Under the pieces are notes generated by a model. That model saw nothing but the letters and a program-made list of their open reading frames with translations. It ran no database searches and was not told the DNA's origin. A DNA stretch of 64,000 nucleotides, from contig CANQJD010000001.1 of the NCBI GenBank assembly GCA_947624175.1, forward strand, positions 1,897 through 65,896. The letters run 5' to 3'. Source of the stretch: an uncultured Bacilli bacterium (lineage in GTDB: Bacteria; Bacillota_I; Bacilli_A; RF39; UBA660). This document shows, piece by piece, positions 22,241-32,583 of the stretch (its first letter is position 1; every line of letters begins with the position of its first letter). A program made the position numbers and the translations under genes.

Positions 22241-23365
22241 TTAATAAGTTCTAATTGGCAATACTAATTGGATTAAATCATCAGCATCACTTGCTTTAAA
22301 AATAATCGGATTAACTTCTCCAACAAATGATATTTCACATTCTGGACTATTAAATACTCTTAATGCCTCCATTACATATCTAGCACTAAAAGATATCGTT
22401 ATATCTTCTTCTTTATCTTTTTTGATTGGCATTTTTTCTTCTACTCGACCTATTTCAGCACTTGATGATTTCATAGTTAATATGTCTCCATTAGTCTCAA
22501 GTGTTACTACATTTTTTTCTTTATCACTTGTTAAGATACTTACTCTATCGATAACATCATATAAATCTGAAACGTTAACCGTTAATTTTAATATACTATC
22601 TTTTGGTAATAAATTAGATGTATTAGGGAACGTTCCATTTATTAATCTACTTTGAAATAATACATTATCATATTTAAATAATATTTTATTATTAAATATA
22701 TGTAACTCAACATCTTTATCATCATCAGTTAATAATTTTGATACTTCAATGATATTCTTACTTGGAATAACAATATTATATTCATTAGCATCATTGGAAA
22801 CGACATTTACAACTTTTCTAGCTAACCTGTAAGAATCGGTACAATTACATTCTAATAAATCTCCTACTATTTTTAAATTCAATCCAGTTAAAGGTGGACG
22901 CGATTCATCAGTTGAAGCTGCAAATGCCGTTTGATTTACTAAATCTTTAAATACTTTACTATTTATTAAAATAGGTGTTTTATTAGTTTCTAAATTAATG
23001 TTAGGATATTCTTTTTTATTAATACCATTTAAATTATATTCGCTATTTTCAGTTGAAATAATTACTTTTAATTCATCAAACACTTCTAAATTAATCATTT
23101 TATCTGGAAGTTTACGAACTATATCTAATATATATCTTCCTTGAATAATAATACTTCCTTCTTCGATACCTTCCATATCATCTTTATTATTTGGTATAAA
23201 AGCTCGAATTGTGATATCATTATCAGAAGCTGTTAATGTTAAACCATCATTAGTTAAATCAAATTTTATTCCTGCTAAAGCTGGTACTAAATTTTTAGTT
23301 GATAATGCTTTAGCAACTTTATTTAAATTTTCTAGTAATAAATCTTTTTTAATTTTAATTTTCAT
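22241..23365 (-). CDS. dnaN: DNA polymerase III beta sliding clamp
   Basis: 374 aa, MKIKIKKDLLLENLNKVAKALS... with a three-domain clamp pattern, immediately downstream of dnaA. Confidence 0.93.
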   Translation of the reverse strand: MKIKIKKDLLLENLNKVAKALSTKNLVPALAGIKFDLTNDGLTLTASDNDITIRAFIPNNKDDMEGIEEGSIIIQGRYILDIVRKLPDKMINLEVFDELKVIISTENSEYNLNGINKKEYPNINLETNKTPILINSKVFKDLVNQTAFAASTDESRPPLTGLNLKIVGDLLECNCTDSYRLARKVVNVVSNDANEYNIVIPSKNIIEVSKLLTDDDKDVELHIFNNKILFKYDNVLFQSRLINGTFPNTSNLLPKDSILKLTVNVSDLYDVIDRVSILTSDKEKNVVTLETNGDILTMKSSSAEIGRVEEKMPIKKDKEEDITISFSARYVMEALRVFNSPECEISFVGEVNPIIFKASDADDLIQLVLPIRTY

Positions 23366-23638
23366 ATTAATCTCCTTCTAAAAAAATTATTTATATTCTT
23401 TTCTTTTCTTTTATAATATAGTAATAATAATAAGGTGGAAAACTGTGGAAAACTAGTTATTTTTCTTATTTATCAAGCATTTACAAGCATTTTTTATTGT
23501 GGATAACTTGGTGGATAACTGTGACTTTTCCACAATTAATATTATTTTATCAAATTTTTGTTAAAATTTCTTAATTATTTTTTCTAAATTATAAAATTTC
23601 ATAGTAAGTTATCCACAATTCATGGTGGATAACTTTAT
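23366..23638. other. oriC part 2 (dnaA-dnaN spacer): DnaA boxes, DnaA-trio-like element and AT-rich unwinding stretch
   Basis: Perfect boxes are TGTGGATAA at 23498-23506 and TTATCCACA at 23609-23617. One- or two-mismatch boxes occur at 23435-23452, 23510-23518, 23526-23534 and 23624-23632. TAGTAATAATAATAA (23419-23433) followed by GG abuts the first boxes. Confidence 0.8.
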
Positions 23639-25009
23639 TTACAATAGATTTTGTTTTATTTTATCTACAGTTTCACGGATACTTTTATCTTTTTTTATTT
23701 CTTTTTCTATCTTTTCACAAGCATACATAACGGTAGTATGATCTTTTCCACCAAATTCTAAACCTATTCTTTGATAGGATTCATTTAAAACGTCGCGAGA
23801 TAGAAGCATAGCTATTTGTCTTGGAAATGCAATACTAGCACTTCGCTTTTTTCCTTTTAAATCATCTGATGATATTTGAAAGAAATCTGCAACGACTCTT
23901 TGAATTTTGGCAATATCATTTTTTTCACTGGTTCCTTTACTAACTTCTCCTTTTAAAGCTTCAACGGCTAGTTGTAAGGTTATATCGGCACCTCCCATCA
24001 TCGTTGAATAAATAAGTAATCTATTAATTGCACCTTCAAGTTGTCTTACATCGCTTGTCATATTAGAAGCAATATATTCAATAACTTCTTCTGGGAATGA
24101 TTTATCGATTTTTTCACCATTTATCTTCTTTTTTATTATATTAATTCGAAGTTCTAAATCAGGTGGATAAATATCGACGACGGCACCCCATGTAAACCTG
24201 GTTCGAAGCCTTTCTTCTAAAAGTTTTAAATCATTTGGAGACCTATCTGATGAAATGATTAATTGTTTTTTATTGTCGTGTAATGCAGTAAATGTATGGA
24301 AGAATTCTTGTTGGGTTTGAGTTGCTCTTGCTAAAAATTGAATATCATCAATAATTAAAACATCAATATTTCGGTACTTATCTTTAAAGTATTCAGCATA
24401 ATCATAGTCTTGTTCTTCATTTTTTTCTTTTCGCCCAATGTTTGAAAAATCTGAAATAAACTGTTCACTTGTAACATATAAAACTCGTTTATCAGAATTT
24501 GCTTCGATATAGTTACCAATAGCATGCATTAAATGAGTTTTTCCTAACCCACTATTTCCATAAAGGAACAACGGATTATAAGCAAGACCAGGACTTTCAG
24601 CAACCGCGAATGCCGCCGCATGGGCTAATCTATTACTATTTCCAACCACAAAAGTATCAAAAGTACATTGGGGTTTTAGATTAGATTCATGCCGAAACTT
24701 TTTTGTTTCTTTAACTTGTGGATGTTCAATTTCTTCTTTCTTTTGCTCTTCGATTTTTGATACTTCATCCTCTAATACGAAATCTAAATCATAGATATTT
24801 CCCGTAATATCTGTTAAAGTTTGAATTATAACATCTTGATAAGTTGATTCGATTCTTTGCTTATGGATTATACTTGGTAAAACAATTGTTGCTTTGGTTT
24901 CCGTAATATCTAATAAGTAACTATTTGCAAACCAAGTTGAATATACCATAGAATTAACTTTAGATTGTACCTTTTCTAAGAATTGCTTCCATAAAAGGTC
25001 TTTATTCAT
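23639..25009 (-). CDS. dnaA: chromosomal replication initiator DnaA
   Basis: AAA+ motif (GNSGLGKTHLMHAIGN) and C-terminal DNA-binding domain (GGKDHTTVMYACEKI). I place the start at MNKDLLWKQF (25009) rather than the track start 25042. Confidence 0.93.
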   Translation of the reverse strand: MNKDLLWKQFLEKVQSKVNSMVYSTWFANSYLLDITETKATIVLPSIIHKQRIESTYQDVIIQTLTDITGNIYDLDFVLEDEVSKIEEQKKEEIEHPQVKETKKFRHESNLKPQCTFDTFVVGNSNRLAHAAAFAVAESPGLAYNPLFLYGNSGLGKTHLMHAIGNYIEANSDKRVLYVTSEQFISDFSNIGRKEKNEEQDYDYAEYFKDKYRNIDVLIIDDIQFLARATQTQQEFFHTFTALHDNKKQLIISSDRSPNDLKLLEERLRTRFTWGAVVDIYPPDLELRINIIKKKINGEKIDKSFPEEVIEYIASNMTSDVRQLEGAINRLLIYSTMMGGADITLQLAVEALKGEVSKGTSEKNDIAKIQRVVADFFQISSDDLKGKKRSASIAFPRQIAMLLSRDVLNESYQRIGLEFGGKDHTTVMYACEKIEKEIKKDKSIRETVDKIKQNLL

Positions 25010-25199
25010 TATCCACCTCCTATCATTAATTATCAAAATCACGTATTATAAATGATTATTAATTTGTATAAACCCGTTTTATTCTTTAGTTAAGAGCTTA
25101 TTGAGAATGTCCTCTCTAACTCTTTGTGTTATTATTCTAGTTTATTTTTTATAAAAAAACAATACCTATTGTCAAGTAAAATTAAAAAAAATAAATTAA

Positions 25200-25400
25200 G
25201 AAAAATTGGGAAATAATCCACAATTCATGGTGGAAAACTAGGTGGATTAAAATTTCCCAAAAAAGTTTTCCACATACTTATCCACCGAGTTATCCACATA
25301 TTTTTTTCTTATTTTACAATAAAACTTTAAGGTTTTCCACTTTTCCACAATTTGACTTTTCCACAAGTTAAAAACGTTTTCCACCAAATTGTGGAAAACT
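25200..25400. other. oriC part 1: DnaA-box cluster upstream of dnaA
   Basis: A perfect TTATCCACA lies at 25290-25298. Near-perfect boxes occur at 25214-25222, 25266-25274, 25278-25286, 25341-25349, 25357-25365, 25377-25385 and 25390-25398. Confidence 0.8.
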
Positions 25401-25533
25401 CTCATTTCCCAAAGAAATTTTTCTTTTAAAAAAATTTTTAACTTTACATTTAATAAAAATTGGCTTATTATATTATCATGTTATTTTTAACAGAAATATT
25501 TAGGAGGTCTAAATTTTAGTTTAGAGATTTGGT

Positions 25534-26577
25534 ATGAAAAAATTAAATTCAAGTGAATTAACAAAAGCAATTAGACATAGTTTAATAATTTTTATTGTTA
25601 GCTTTTTCTTTTTAATAGGAACACTTATCCTTATATATATAGGATATCAAGAGTATCATCATGCCCAAGATAAAGCAATAGGGATGAATGAATTAACTGG
25701 TGATATAAATAAGTTAGAAGGTAGAAATGCTTATATAGATATTGCAATGTCTCCATTTTTATTTGCAAGTTATAAACAAGATGGTAAAGAAAGTGATAAT
25801 AAATTTTATTTAGTAATGGATAAAGATAATTTTTTATATGTTGTTTATATGAGTAGTAAAGATTATCAAAAATTAAATAAAAAGAATGAACGAATAACAG
25901 GAGTAACTGAAAAAATTACAACTGATATTAAAGAATTAGCTATTAAAGCCTATAATAAAGAATTAGGTGAAGAATATTTAACTATTGAAAATTTTGATGA
26001 GTTTGTAGGTCCAATTATGTTGAATACAACTTATATAATCGATAATTCAGAATTATATTATATAGGAAGTATAGTATGTTTTTGTATGTTTATCGTATTT
26101 ATGTTCCATTTTGTTAGCACTTATTTTAAAAATCGAAAAGTATTAAAGAAATATAGTAAAGAAGACTTAGAAAAAATAGGTATGCAAATATATGGAATGG
26201 GACATAATCCTTATCAAAAAATGAAATTATATTTAACCAAAGATTATGTTGTAGATTTATCTCAAGGTCTAACAATATTAAAATATGATGAAATCATATG
26301 GGCTTATCCTTACGAATATCGTTATAATGGATTGCTTGTTAATAAAAATGTAAAAATTGTTGATACAGAAAATCAAGCTTATGATATTGCTAATACGAGA
26401 TATATAAAAAAGGATAAAGAAAAAGTAATTGATGAAGTAATAGAAAAATTAAAACGTAAAAATAAAAATATTACTATTGGTTATAGTGATGAGATGAAAA
26501 AAAGTTTAAAATCAAAAAAGAAACCTAGAAAGAAAAAAAATATAAAAGAAGAAGACAAAAATTCTTCTTTAGAATAA
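25534..26577 (+). CDS. hypothetical membrane protein with Lys-rich tail
   Basis: Long ORF with two hydrophobic segments (LIIFIVSFFFLIGTLILIYIG and IGSIVCFCMFIVFMFHFV). No family recognised. Confidence 0.55.
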   Translation: MKKLNSSELTKAIRHSLIIFIVSFFFLIGTLILIYIGYQEYHHAQDKAIGMNELTGDINKLEGRNAYIDIAMSPFLFASYKQDGKESDNKFYLVMDKDNFLYVVYMSSKDYQKLNKKNERITGVTEKITTDIKELAIKAYNKELGEEYLTIENFDEFVGPIMLNTTYIIDNSELYYIGSIVCFCMFIVFMFHFVSTYFKNRKVLKKYSKEDLEKIGMQIYGMGHNPYQKMKLYLTKDYVVDLSQGLTILKYDEIIWAYPYEYRYNGLLVNKNVKIVDTENQAYDIANTRYIKKDKEKVIDEVIEKLKRKNKNITIGYSDEMKKSLKSKKKPRKKKNIKEEDKNSSLE

Positions 26578-26707
26578 AAAAATAAGGTTAAGAAAACAAA
26601 AAAGAGACAATAATTTAGAAAAAATTTACAAAAGTTAGTAAAAATTGTTTGACAAGTACCCTATTTTGCTATTATAATAATGTAGACTTTGATTTTGGAG
26701 GTGTGAA

Positions 26708-26833
26708 ATGAAAAGAACTTATCAACCAAATAATAGAAGAAGAGCTAAGAAACATGGTTTTTTTGCACGGATGAAAACATCTGTTGTTAATTCAAGAAGA
26801 AGAAAAGGTCGTAAGGAAATTATTAAAAAATAA
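26708..26833 (+). CDS. rpmH: 50S ribosomal protein L34
   Basis: Absent from the ORF track because it is under 60 aa. Hand translation gives [41 protein letters not shown]. It has a GGAGG RBS and a TTGACA-17/18-TATAAT promoter at 26649-26678, and lies upstream of rnpA. Confidence 0.93.
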   Translation: MKRTYQPNNRRRAKKHGFFARMKTSVVNSRRRKGRKEIIKK

Positions 26834-26893
26834 GCCCCATTTTTATGGTGGTTTTTTTTGGAATTTGTAAATCTATTAGAATAGAGGTAAAAT

Positions 26894-27223
26894 ATGAAGA
26901 AAATTAATATAGTAAGGAGTAATGAAGATTTTAATAATATTTTAAAAACCGGTAAATCTGTAAAAAATCACTACTTTGTCTTATATCATAAAAAAAATAA
27001 TTTAGGTTTATATCGGTTTGGAATATCTGTTCCTAAAAAAGTATGTAATGCTGTTAATCGGAATAAATTAAAAAGAAAAGTAAGAAATATTGTAGATAAT
27101 TCAAAAAATCTCTATTCAAAACAAGAAGATTATATTATAATAGTAAGAAAGAGTTGCTTGAATTTAAAATATGCAATTCTTGAAGAAAATTTAAGAAATT
27201 TATTTAAAATGATTTACAAATAG
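26894..27223 (+). CDS. rnpA: ribonuclease P protein component
   Basis: 109 basic aa with an RNR-like motif (AVNRNKLKRKVRN), in the rpmH-rnpA-yidC order. Confidence 0.88.
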   Translation: MKKINIVRSNEDFNNILKTGKSVKNHYFVLYHKKNNLGLYRFGISVPKKVCNAVNRNKLKRKVRNIVDNSKNLYSKQEDYIIIVRKSCLNLKYAILEENLRNLFKMIYK

Positions 27224-27235
27224 AAAGGAATAGTA

Positions 27236-28258
27236 ATGAAGAAAAATAAGAAATTAATATTAATATTGCTTGTTGTTTTAATGTTAACAACAGGATGTAC
27301 AAAAGTTTTAAAAGACAAAGATAAGAAAGCAGTTATTAATGAAGTAACAGGTCAAAATTTAACTGAAAATATTGTATGTCGACCAACCGATTCTGAAACC
27401 ATTAAACTTTATAAAGAAAATAAAGTTGATATTGATTCGTTACCTTATTGTGTTTGTCCAAGTGAAAAAGTTAAGGTTACAGAAGAAGTTAAAGATGAAG
27501 AGGGAAATGTTACAACTGAAGAAAAAGAAGTTGATTGTGAAAGTTTTAAGATTACATCTGGTAAATACGAAGGATTATGGACATCAATATTTATTAAACC
27601 TCTTGCATTTGTAATTTTATTCTTTGGAAATTTAACTAAGAATTATGGTTTAGGTTTAATAATTACAAGTTTATTAATAAGATTAGTTTTATATCCGATT
27701 ACAAGAAAAACGGCGATGCAGTCTGAATATATGAAAAAGGCTCAACCAGAAATGGAGAGAATTGAAAAGAAATATGCTAATAAGGATCAAAATGACCAAC
27801 AAGTCATGATGCAAAAGAGCCAAGAAATGTTGATGGTATATAAAAAATATAATATTAATCCTATTTCTGGATGTTTACTTGCTTTTATTCAATTACCACT
27901 TCTAATTGCATTTCTAGAAGCCATTAATCGAGTACCAGCTATCTTTGAAGGAACAATGTTTGGACTTCACTTAGGAACGACTCCTGGAATTGGAATATTT
28001 ACAAATCATAACTGCTGGTATTTAATCTTAAGTGCAATAGTTATGGTAACTACTTATTTATCATTTAAAGCAACAACTAAAGATCAGCCAACCACCAATA
28101 GTGATATGGCAAGACAACAAAAGATGATGACTAATATGTTTACATTAATGATTATAGTTATGTCATTCTTTATGACAACGGCTTTAAATATATATTGGGC
28201 AACCACGAACTTATTTACAGTCGCTCAAAACTTAATCGTTAGAAGGAGGGTAAAATGA
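27236..28258 (+). CDS. yidC: YidC/SpoIIIJ membrane protein insertase (lipoprotein)
   Basis: Lipobox (LTTGC) and a 60-kDa-IMP core (LIRLVLYPITRKT...PISGCLLAFIQLPLLIAF). Confidence 0.9.
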   Translation: MKKNKKLILILLVVLMLTTGCTKVLKDKDKKAVINEVTGQNLTENIVCRPTDSETIKLYKENKVDIDSLPYCVCPSEKVKVTEEVKDEEGNVTTEEKEVDCESFKITSGKYEGLWTSIFIKPLAFVILFFGNLTKNYGLGLIITSLLIRLVLYPITRKTAMQSEYMKKAQPEMERIEKKYANKDQNDQQVMMQKSQEMLMVYKKYNINPISGCLLAFIQLPLLIAFLEAINRVPAIFEGTMFGLHLGTTPGIGIFTNHNCWYLILSAIVMVTTYLSFKATTKDQPTTNSDMARQQKMMTNMFTLMIIVMSFFMTTALNIYWATTNLFTVAQNLIVRRRVK

Positions 28259-28884
28259 AAAAATATACATATCAAGCAAAAACGTTTGAAGAAGCAAAAA
28301 GCATGGCTATGGCTGATTTAATGGAACAAGAAGGTAATTTATATATTAAAGAAATTGAAAGTAGCACAAAATTATTTAATAAAAAAAGTGTAATCGAAGT
28401 AATTAAAAAGGAAGATGTTGTTAATCATATTAAAGAGTTAGTTAAAGGAATAACTAATGATATGGGCATTAACATCAATATGGAAGTAAAAAAACGTGGC
28501 GAAACTTTAAATGTTACTATTTATGCAGATAACAATGCAATTTTAATTGGAAAGAATGCTGCTACTCTTTCAGCTTTAACAACAATAATTAGACAAAGTA
28601 TACAAAAAGAAATTGGAGAAGTTTATAAATTTGTTTTAGATGTTGGAGAATATAAACAAAAAAGAGAATGGAATCTTGAAAAGATGGCTAAACAAATTGC
28701 AAGAGAAGTTGCAAAAACGAAAGTTGAAGCAAAACTTGATCCAATGAATTCTTATGAAAGAAGAATAATTCATAATACTTTAACAAATAATAAAAAAGTT
28801 TATACAGAAAGTACAGGCGAAGAACCTAATCGTTGTGTTGTAATAAAACCTAAAGAAGAAACGAAGGAAGAAAGTTTAAATTAA
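28255..28884 (+). CDS. jag: Jag/KhpB RNA-binding protein (KH + R3H)
   Basis: Jag N-terminal domain, a KH-like middle region and an R3H motif (SYERRIIHNTL). Follows yidC. Confidence 0.85.
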   Translation: MKKYTYQAKTFEEAKSMAMADLMEQEGNLYIKEIESSTKLFNKKSVIEVIKKEDVVNHIKELVKGITNDMGININMEVKKRGETLNVTIYADNNAILIGKNAATLSALTTIIRQSIQKEIGEVYKFVLDVGEYKQKREWNLEKMAKQIAREVAKTKVEAKLDPMNSYERRIIHNTLTNNKKVYTESTGEEPNRCVVIKPKEETKEESLN

Positions 28885-29020
28885 ATTTGTTTGGTAGTAA
28901 ATATAATAGAAAGACCGAGATAGATAAATCTTGGTCTTGTTTGCAAAAAAAATAAAATTAATCCTTTATTCGACAAAATTTTCTAATTCAATTTGTTATA
29001 GTTTCATTCGGAGGAAAAAT

Positions 29021-29932
29021 ATGACGAATGAATTAAAAGCTATAATTAGAAAGATTGATGTTGCATTTACACTTTATTTTGGAAGTAATAAGGATGTAGA
29101 AACGGTTTTTGTTGTTGGATCAATGGCAAAAGATGATTATCAAGATAGGTTTGCGAATGATTATGATATTAGAGTAATTTCTAATAAAGTAACGAAAGAA
29201 GATATTGAAAACTTTCATTACTTTTTATACAAATTATCTAAAGCTTTAACAACTAATGACATTGAAGTTTCTTATTCTACATTAGTTGGTCCTGTTAACC
29301 ATAAGGTTTCAACAACGAAAAAGAATGTGTTAATACATGCTATGATACATGAGAAAAGTCAAATGACTGATTTCTTACCTGAAACTCATAAGTATCAATA
29401 TGGAAAAAGATATAGAATTGTTTCGGGACTTGATAATTTAAAGAAATTTAAAGATGTAAGATATACATTAAATGATATCTTAAATGGACATGAAGGCTTA
29501 AATTATTGTATTGATATGTTAAAAAAGCAAGAATATCGTTATTTAGATTGGGATATTTTAGATGATGATATAAAGTTTAATTATCATGCAGAAAAAATGG
29601 AAGATGAGGTAATATATGAAAATTGCTTTTATTCAGTTAATAAGTTTTTAGATAATTTAATGAATTATTGTAAATTTGAAGGATATAAAATACCTAATAA
29701 TAAAATGGATTTTACTTTACAATTATTAGGTAATAAAAATATAAAGAGTCCTACTCTCTTTTTACTTGATGGTTTATTAAGAAAAGATGAAAATTTACTT
29801 AATAACATTTTTGAAGATATAGTAAATGAAACAATTAATTTGTTAGAAAAATTTGGAGAGAGAGTACAATTTTTAGAAGAAATATTTGAAAGAGATGTCC
29901 GTGATAAACGGCATAGGTTGGTGAAAAGTTAA
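29021..29932 (+). CDS. putative pol-beta-superfamily nucleotidyltransferase
   Basis: VFVVGSMAKDDY...DYDIRV fits the GS...DxD pattern. The start is placed at ATG 29021 (MTNELK), which has a GGAGG RBS, rather than the track start 28931. Confidence 0.5.
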   Translation: MTNELKAIIRKIDVAFTLYFGSNKDVETVFVVGSMAKDDYQDRFANDYDIRVISNKVTKEDIENFHYFLYKLSKALTTNDIEVSYSTLVGPVNHKVSTTKKNVLIHAMIHEKSQMTDFLPETHKYQYGKRYRIVSGLDNLKKFKDVRYTLNDILNGHEGLNYCIDMLKKQEYRYLDWDILDDDIKFNYHAEKMEDEVIYENCFYSVNKFLDNLMNYCKFEGYKIPNNKMDFTLQLLGNKNIKSPTLFLLDGLLRKDENLLNNIFEDIVNETINLLEKFGERVQFLEEIFERDVRDKRHRLVKS

Positions 29933-31045
29933 ATGAAAAAAATAGTAGTAGATTATAAAAATTCTTTAGTATCAGTTAGTAATTCAATTTTAAAATATTT
30001 TGAAGTTCAACCTTTTCATGAAACGATGAAAGAGTTAGATGAAATTTTAGAGAATAAAAAGTATAAGAATGTGGTGCTATTAATTTTAGATGGTTTAGGA
30101 AGCTATAATTTAACAGAGATGTTAAAAAGAAATGCATTTTTAAAAGAACAAAAAGTAAAAGATATCAGTACAGTATTTCCCCCAACCACAACGGCAGCAA
30201 CTACTTCGATATTAACAGGTCTTACTCCAAGTGAGCATAATTGGTATGGTTGGGATATGTATTTTAAAGATACAGATGAGACAATATCTTTGTATTTAGA
30301 TAAATTAAAAGATAGTCATAAGGAACCTAAACTCAGTGTTAAAAAAAGAAGTTATATGCAATTTAAAAGTATAATTGATTTAATTAATGATACTAAAAAA
30401 GCGAAAGCTTATTATGCTTATCCATTTGATACTGAGAATCCTTGTTATGATATAGATGAAGTTTTGGCTAGAATAACGAAATTATGTAAAACGAAAGATA
30501 AAAAGTTTATTTATTCTTATATTGAAAAACCTGATAAGTTATTTCATGAACTAGGAGTTCATTCTTTAAAAGTAGTCTCTGAAATGGAAGAGATAAATCA
30601 AAAGATAGAGGATGCAACTTCAAAATTAAAAGATACGTTAGTAATAATTTCAGCTGATCATGGTCTTGTAAAAACAAAGTATATTAATATTCAAAAAGAT
30701 ATTCCAAAGTTATACGATATGCTTGCAAGAACAACAGCCATTGAACCAAGAGCCGCAGCTATTAAATTAAAAGATGAAGTTAAAAAAGAAGAATTTGAAG
30801 AATTATTCAATAAATATTTAAAAAATGCTTTTTGTTTATTAACAAAAGAAGAAGTTTTAGACTTACAATTATTTGGACCTCAAAGAAATCAATATTTAGA
30901 AGATACATTAGGTGATTATTTAATTGTTGCAACAAGAAATTACTGTTTAAATTATGATGATAACTCCCCTATTTTTAAGGCTAATCATGCTGGATTTACC
31001 AAAAAAGAAATGTTAGTTCCTTTAATTATAATAGATAGGAAATAG
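29933..31045 (+). CDS. alkaline-phosphatase-superfamily protein (phosphodiesterase/PglZ-like)
   Basis: LLILDGLGSYNL, TVFPPTTTAATTSILTGLTPSEHNWYG (nucleophile Thr region) and ISADHGL are metal-site motifs of the AlkP/NPP fold. Confidence 0.6.
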   Translation: MKKIVVDYKNSLVSVSNSILKYFEVQPFHETMKELDEILENKKYKNVVLLILDGLGSYNLTEMLKRNAFLKEQKVKDISTVFPPTTTAATTSILTGLTPSEHNWYGWDMYFKDTDETISLYLDKLKDSHKEPKLSVKKRSYMQFKSIIDLINDTKKAKAYYAYPFDTENPCYDIDEVLARITKLCKTKDKKFIYSYIEKPDKLFHELGVHSLKVVSEMEEINQKIEDATSKLKDTLVIISADHGLVKTKYINIQKDIPKLYDMLARTTAIEPRAAAIKLKDEVKKEEFEELFNKYLKNAFCLLTKEEVLDLQLFGPQRNQYLEDTLGDYLIVATRNYCLNYDDNSPIFKANHAGFTKKEMLVPLIIIDRK

Positions 31046-31225
31046 CAAATTTTGTGTAAAAGTCCCTTAAAAAGTTGCGATTTTTGTGAAAAAATGCTTC
31101 TAATTTTATGTGATTTTTGTGATATGTTACTAAAATTAATATTAAATATAAAATTAGATTATGTTAAAAATAAATGACATAGTCTTATTTTTATGGTATA
31201 ATTCTACTCGAAGTGAGGGATGTAT

Positions 31226-32581
31226 ATGAATGATACAATCGCGAGTATTGCAACTTCGCTTGGAATTTCTGCAATATCAATAATTAGAGTAAGTGGAATT
31301 GATGCTATTAAAATAGTTAATAAAATATTTAAAGGAAAAGATTTAGAGAGTGTTCCTAGTCATACTATTCATTATGGTCATATAAAATATCAAGAAGAAA
31401 TAATTGATGAAGTGTTAGTAACAGTAATGAGAGCTCCTAAAACTTATACAATGGAAGATGTTGTTGAAATTAACTGTCATGGAGGAATATCAGCTACTAA
31501 TAAAGTTTTAGAAATCTTATTTTTAAATGGTATCAGAGAAGCCAATCCTGGAGAATTTACAAAAAGAGCCTTTTTAAATGGTCGAATTGATTTAGTTAAA
31601 GCAGAAGCAGTTATGGATTTAATTAACAGTGAAACTGAAAAAGAAAGAAAAGTTGCAATTAATAATTTACAAGGAAATAGTAGTAATTTAATTAGAAAAT
31701 TAAGACAAAGTTTGATTGATATTATTTCCAATATTGAAGTTAACATTGATTATCCTGAATATGAAGATATCTATGAAGTTACGATGAAAGATTTAGAAGT
31801 TAAAATTTTAGAAGTTAAAAATAGTCTTCAAAAAATAATTAGAGAAGCAGAAGACGGGAAAATGATTAAAGATGGTATCACAACCGCGATTATTGGAAGA
31901 CCAAATGTTGGAAAAAGTAGCTTATTAAATAGATTACTAGAAAGTGAAAAAGCGATTGTAACTGATATTCCCGGAACCACGAGAGATATTGTAGAAGGAA
32001 CGATTTTAATATCAGGTATTAAATTAAATATTATAGATACAGCAGGAATAAGAGAAACTAGTGATAAAGTTGAAAAAATAGGAGTTAAGAAAAGTTTAGA
32101 AGTTTTAGATAATGCTGATTTAGTCCTTCTTCTTTTAAATAACAATGAAAAATTAACTCAAGAAGACTATGAATTACTAGACAAAGTTCAAGATAAAAAA
32201 GCAATAATTGTTGTCAATAAAAATGATTTAGTAACAAAAATTGATTTAAGAGAACTAAAAAACGACAATATAATTTATATTAATACAATTGAAGATAATG
32301 GAATAGATGCTTTAAAAGAGAAAATCAAAGAGTTATTTAATTTAGAAAAATTTGAAACTAGTAATTATAACTATATAACGAATACTAGACAACTTTCTAA
32401 AATCAAAGAATGTTTAAATATCATTAAAGATATAGAAATCGGTATTCAAAATGAAATCGGTTTAGATATGTTAGAAATTGATTTAAAAAATATTTGGAAT
32501 ACGTTAGGTTCGATTATTGGAGAAAATTATGATGAAGAATTACTTGATGAGTTATTTAGTAAGTTTTGTGTTGGAAAATAA
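31226..32581 (+). CDS. mnmE: tRNA modification GTPase MnmE
   Basis: G domain (GRPNVGKSSLLN, DTAG, NKND) and C-terminal CVGK. I prefer the start at ATG 31226. An extended -10 element (TGgTATAAT) lies at 31194-31202. Confidence 0.93.
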   Translation: MNDTIASIATSLGISAISIIRVSGIDAIKIVNKIFKGKDLESVPSHTIHYGHIKYQEEIIDEVLVTVMRAPKTYTMEDVVEINCHGGISATNKVLEILFLNGIREANPGEFTKRAFLNGRIDLVKAEAVMDLINSETEKERKVAINNLQGNSSNLIRKLRQSLIDIISNIEVNIDYPEYEDIYEVTMKDLEVKILEVKNSLQKIIREAEDGKMIKDGITTAIIGRPNVGKSSLLNRLLESEKAIVTDIPGTTRDIVEGTILISGIKLNIIDTAGIRETSDKVEKIGVKKSLEVLDNADLVLLLLNNNEKLTQEDYELLDKVQDKKAIIVVNKNDLVTKIDLRELKNDNIIYINTIEDNGIDALKEKIKELFNLEKFETSNYNYITNTRQLSKIKECLNIIKDIEIGIQNEIGLDMLEIDLKNIWNTLGSIIGENYDEELLDELFSKFCVGK

Positions 32582-32583
32582 AA

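Noticed and set aside
31048-31122. Recurrent (A/G)ATTTTTGTGA-like words upstream of mnmE (31048, 31079, 31102, 31112), considered as regulator binding sites.
   Set aside because: They are short, degenerate and T-rich, with irregular spacing. They cannot be distinguished from background in AT-rich intergenic DNA without comparative data.
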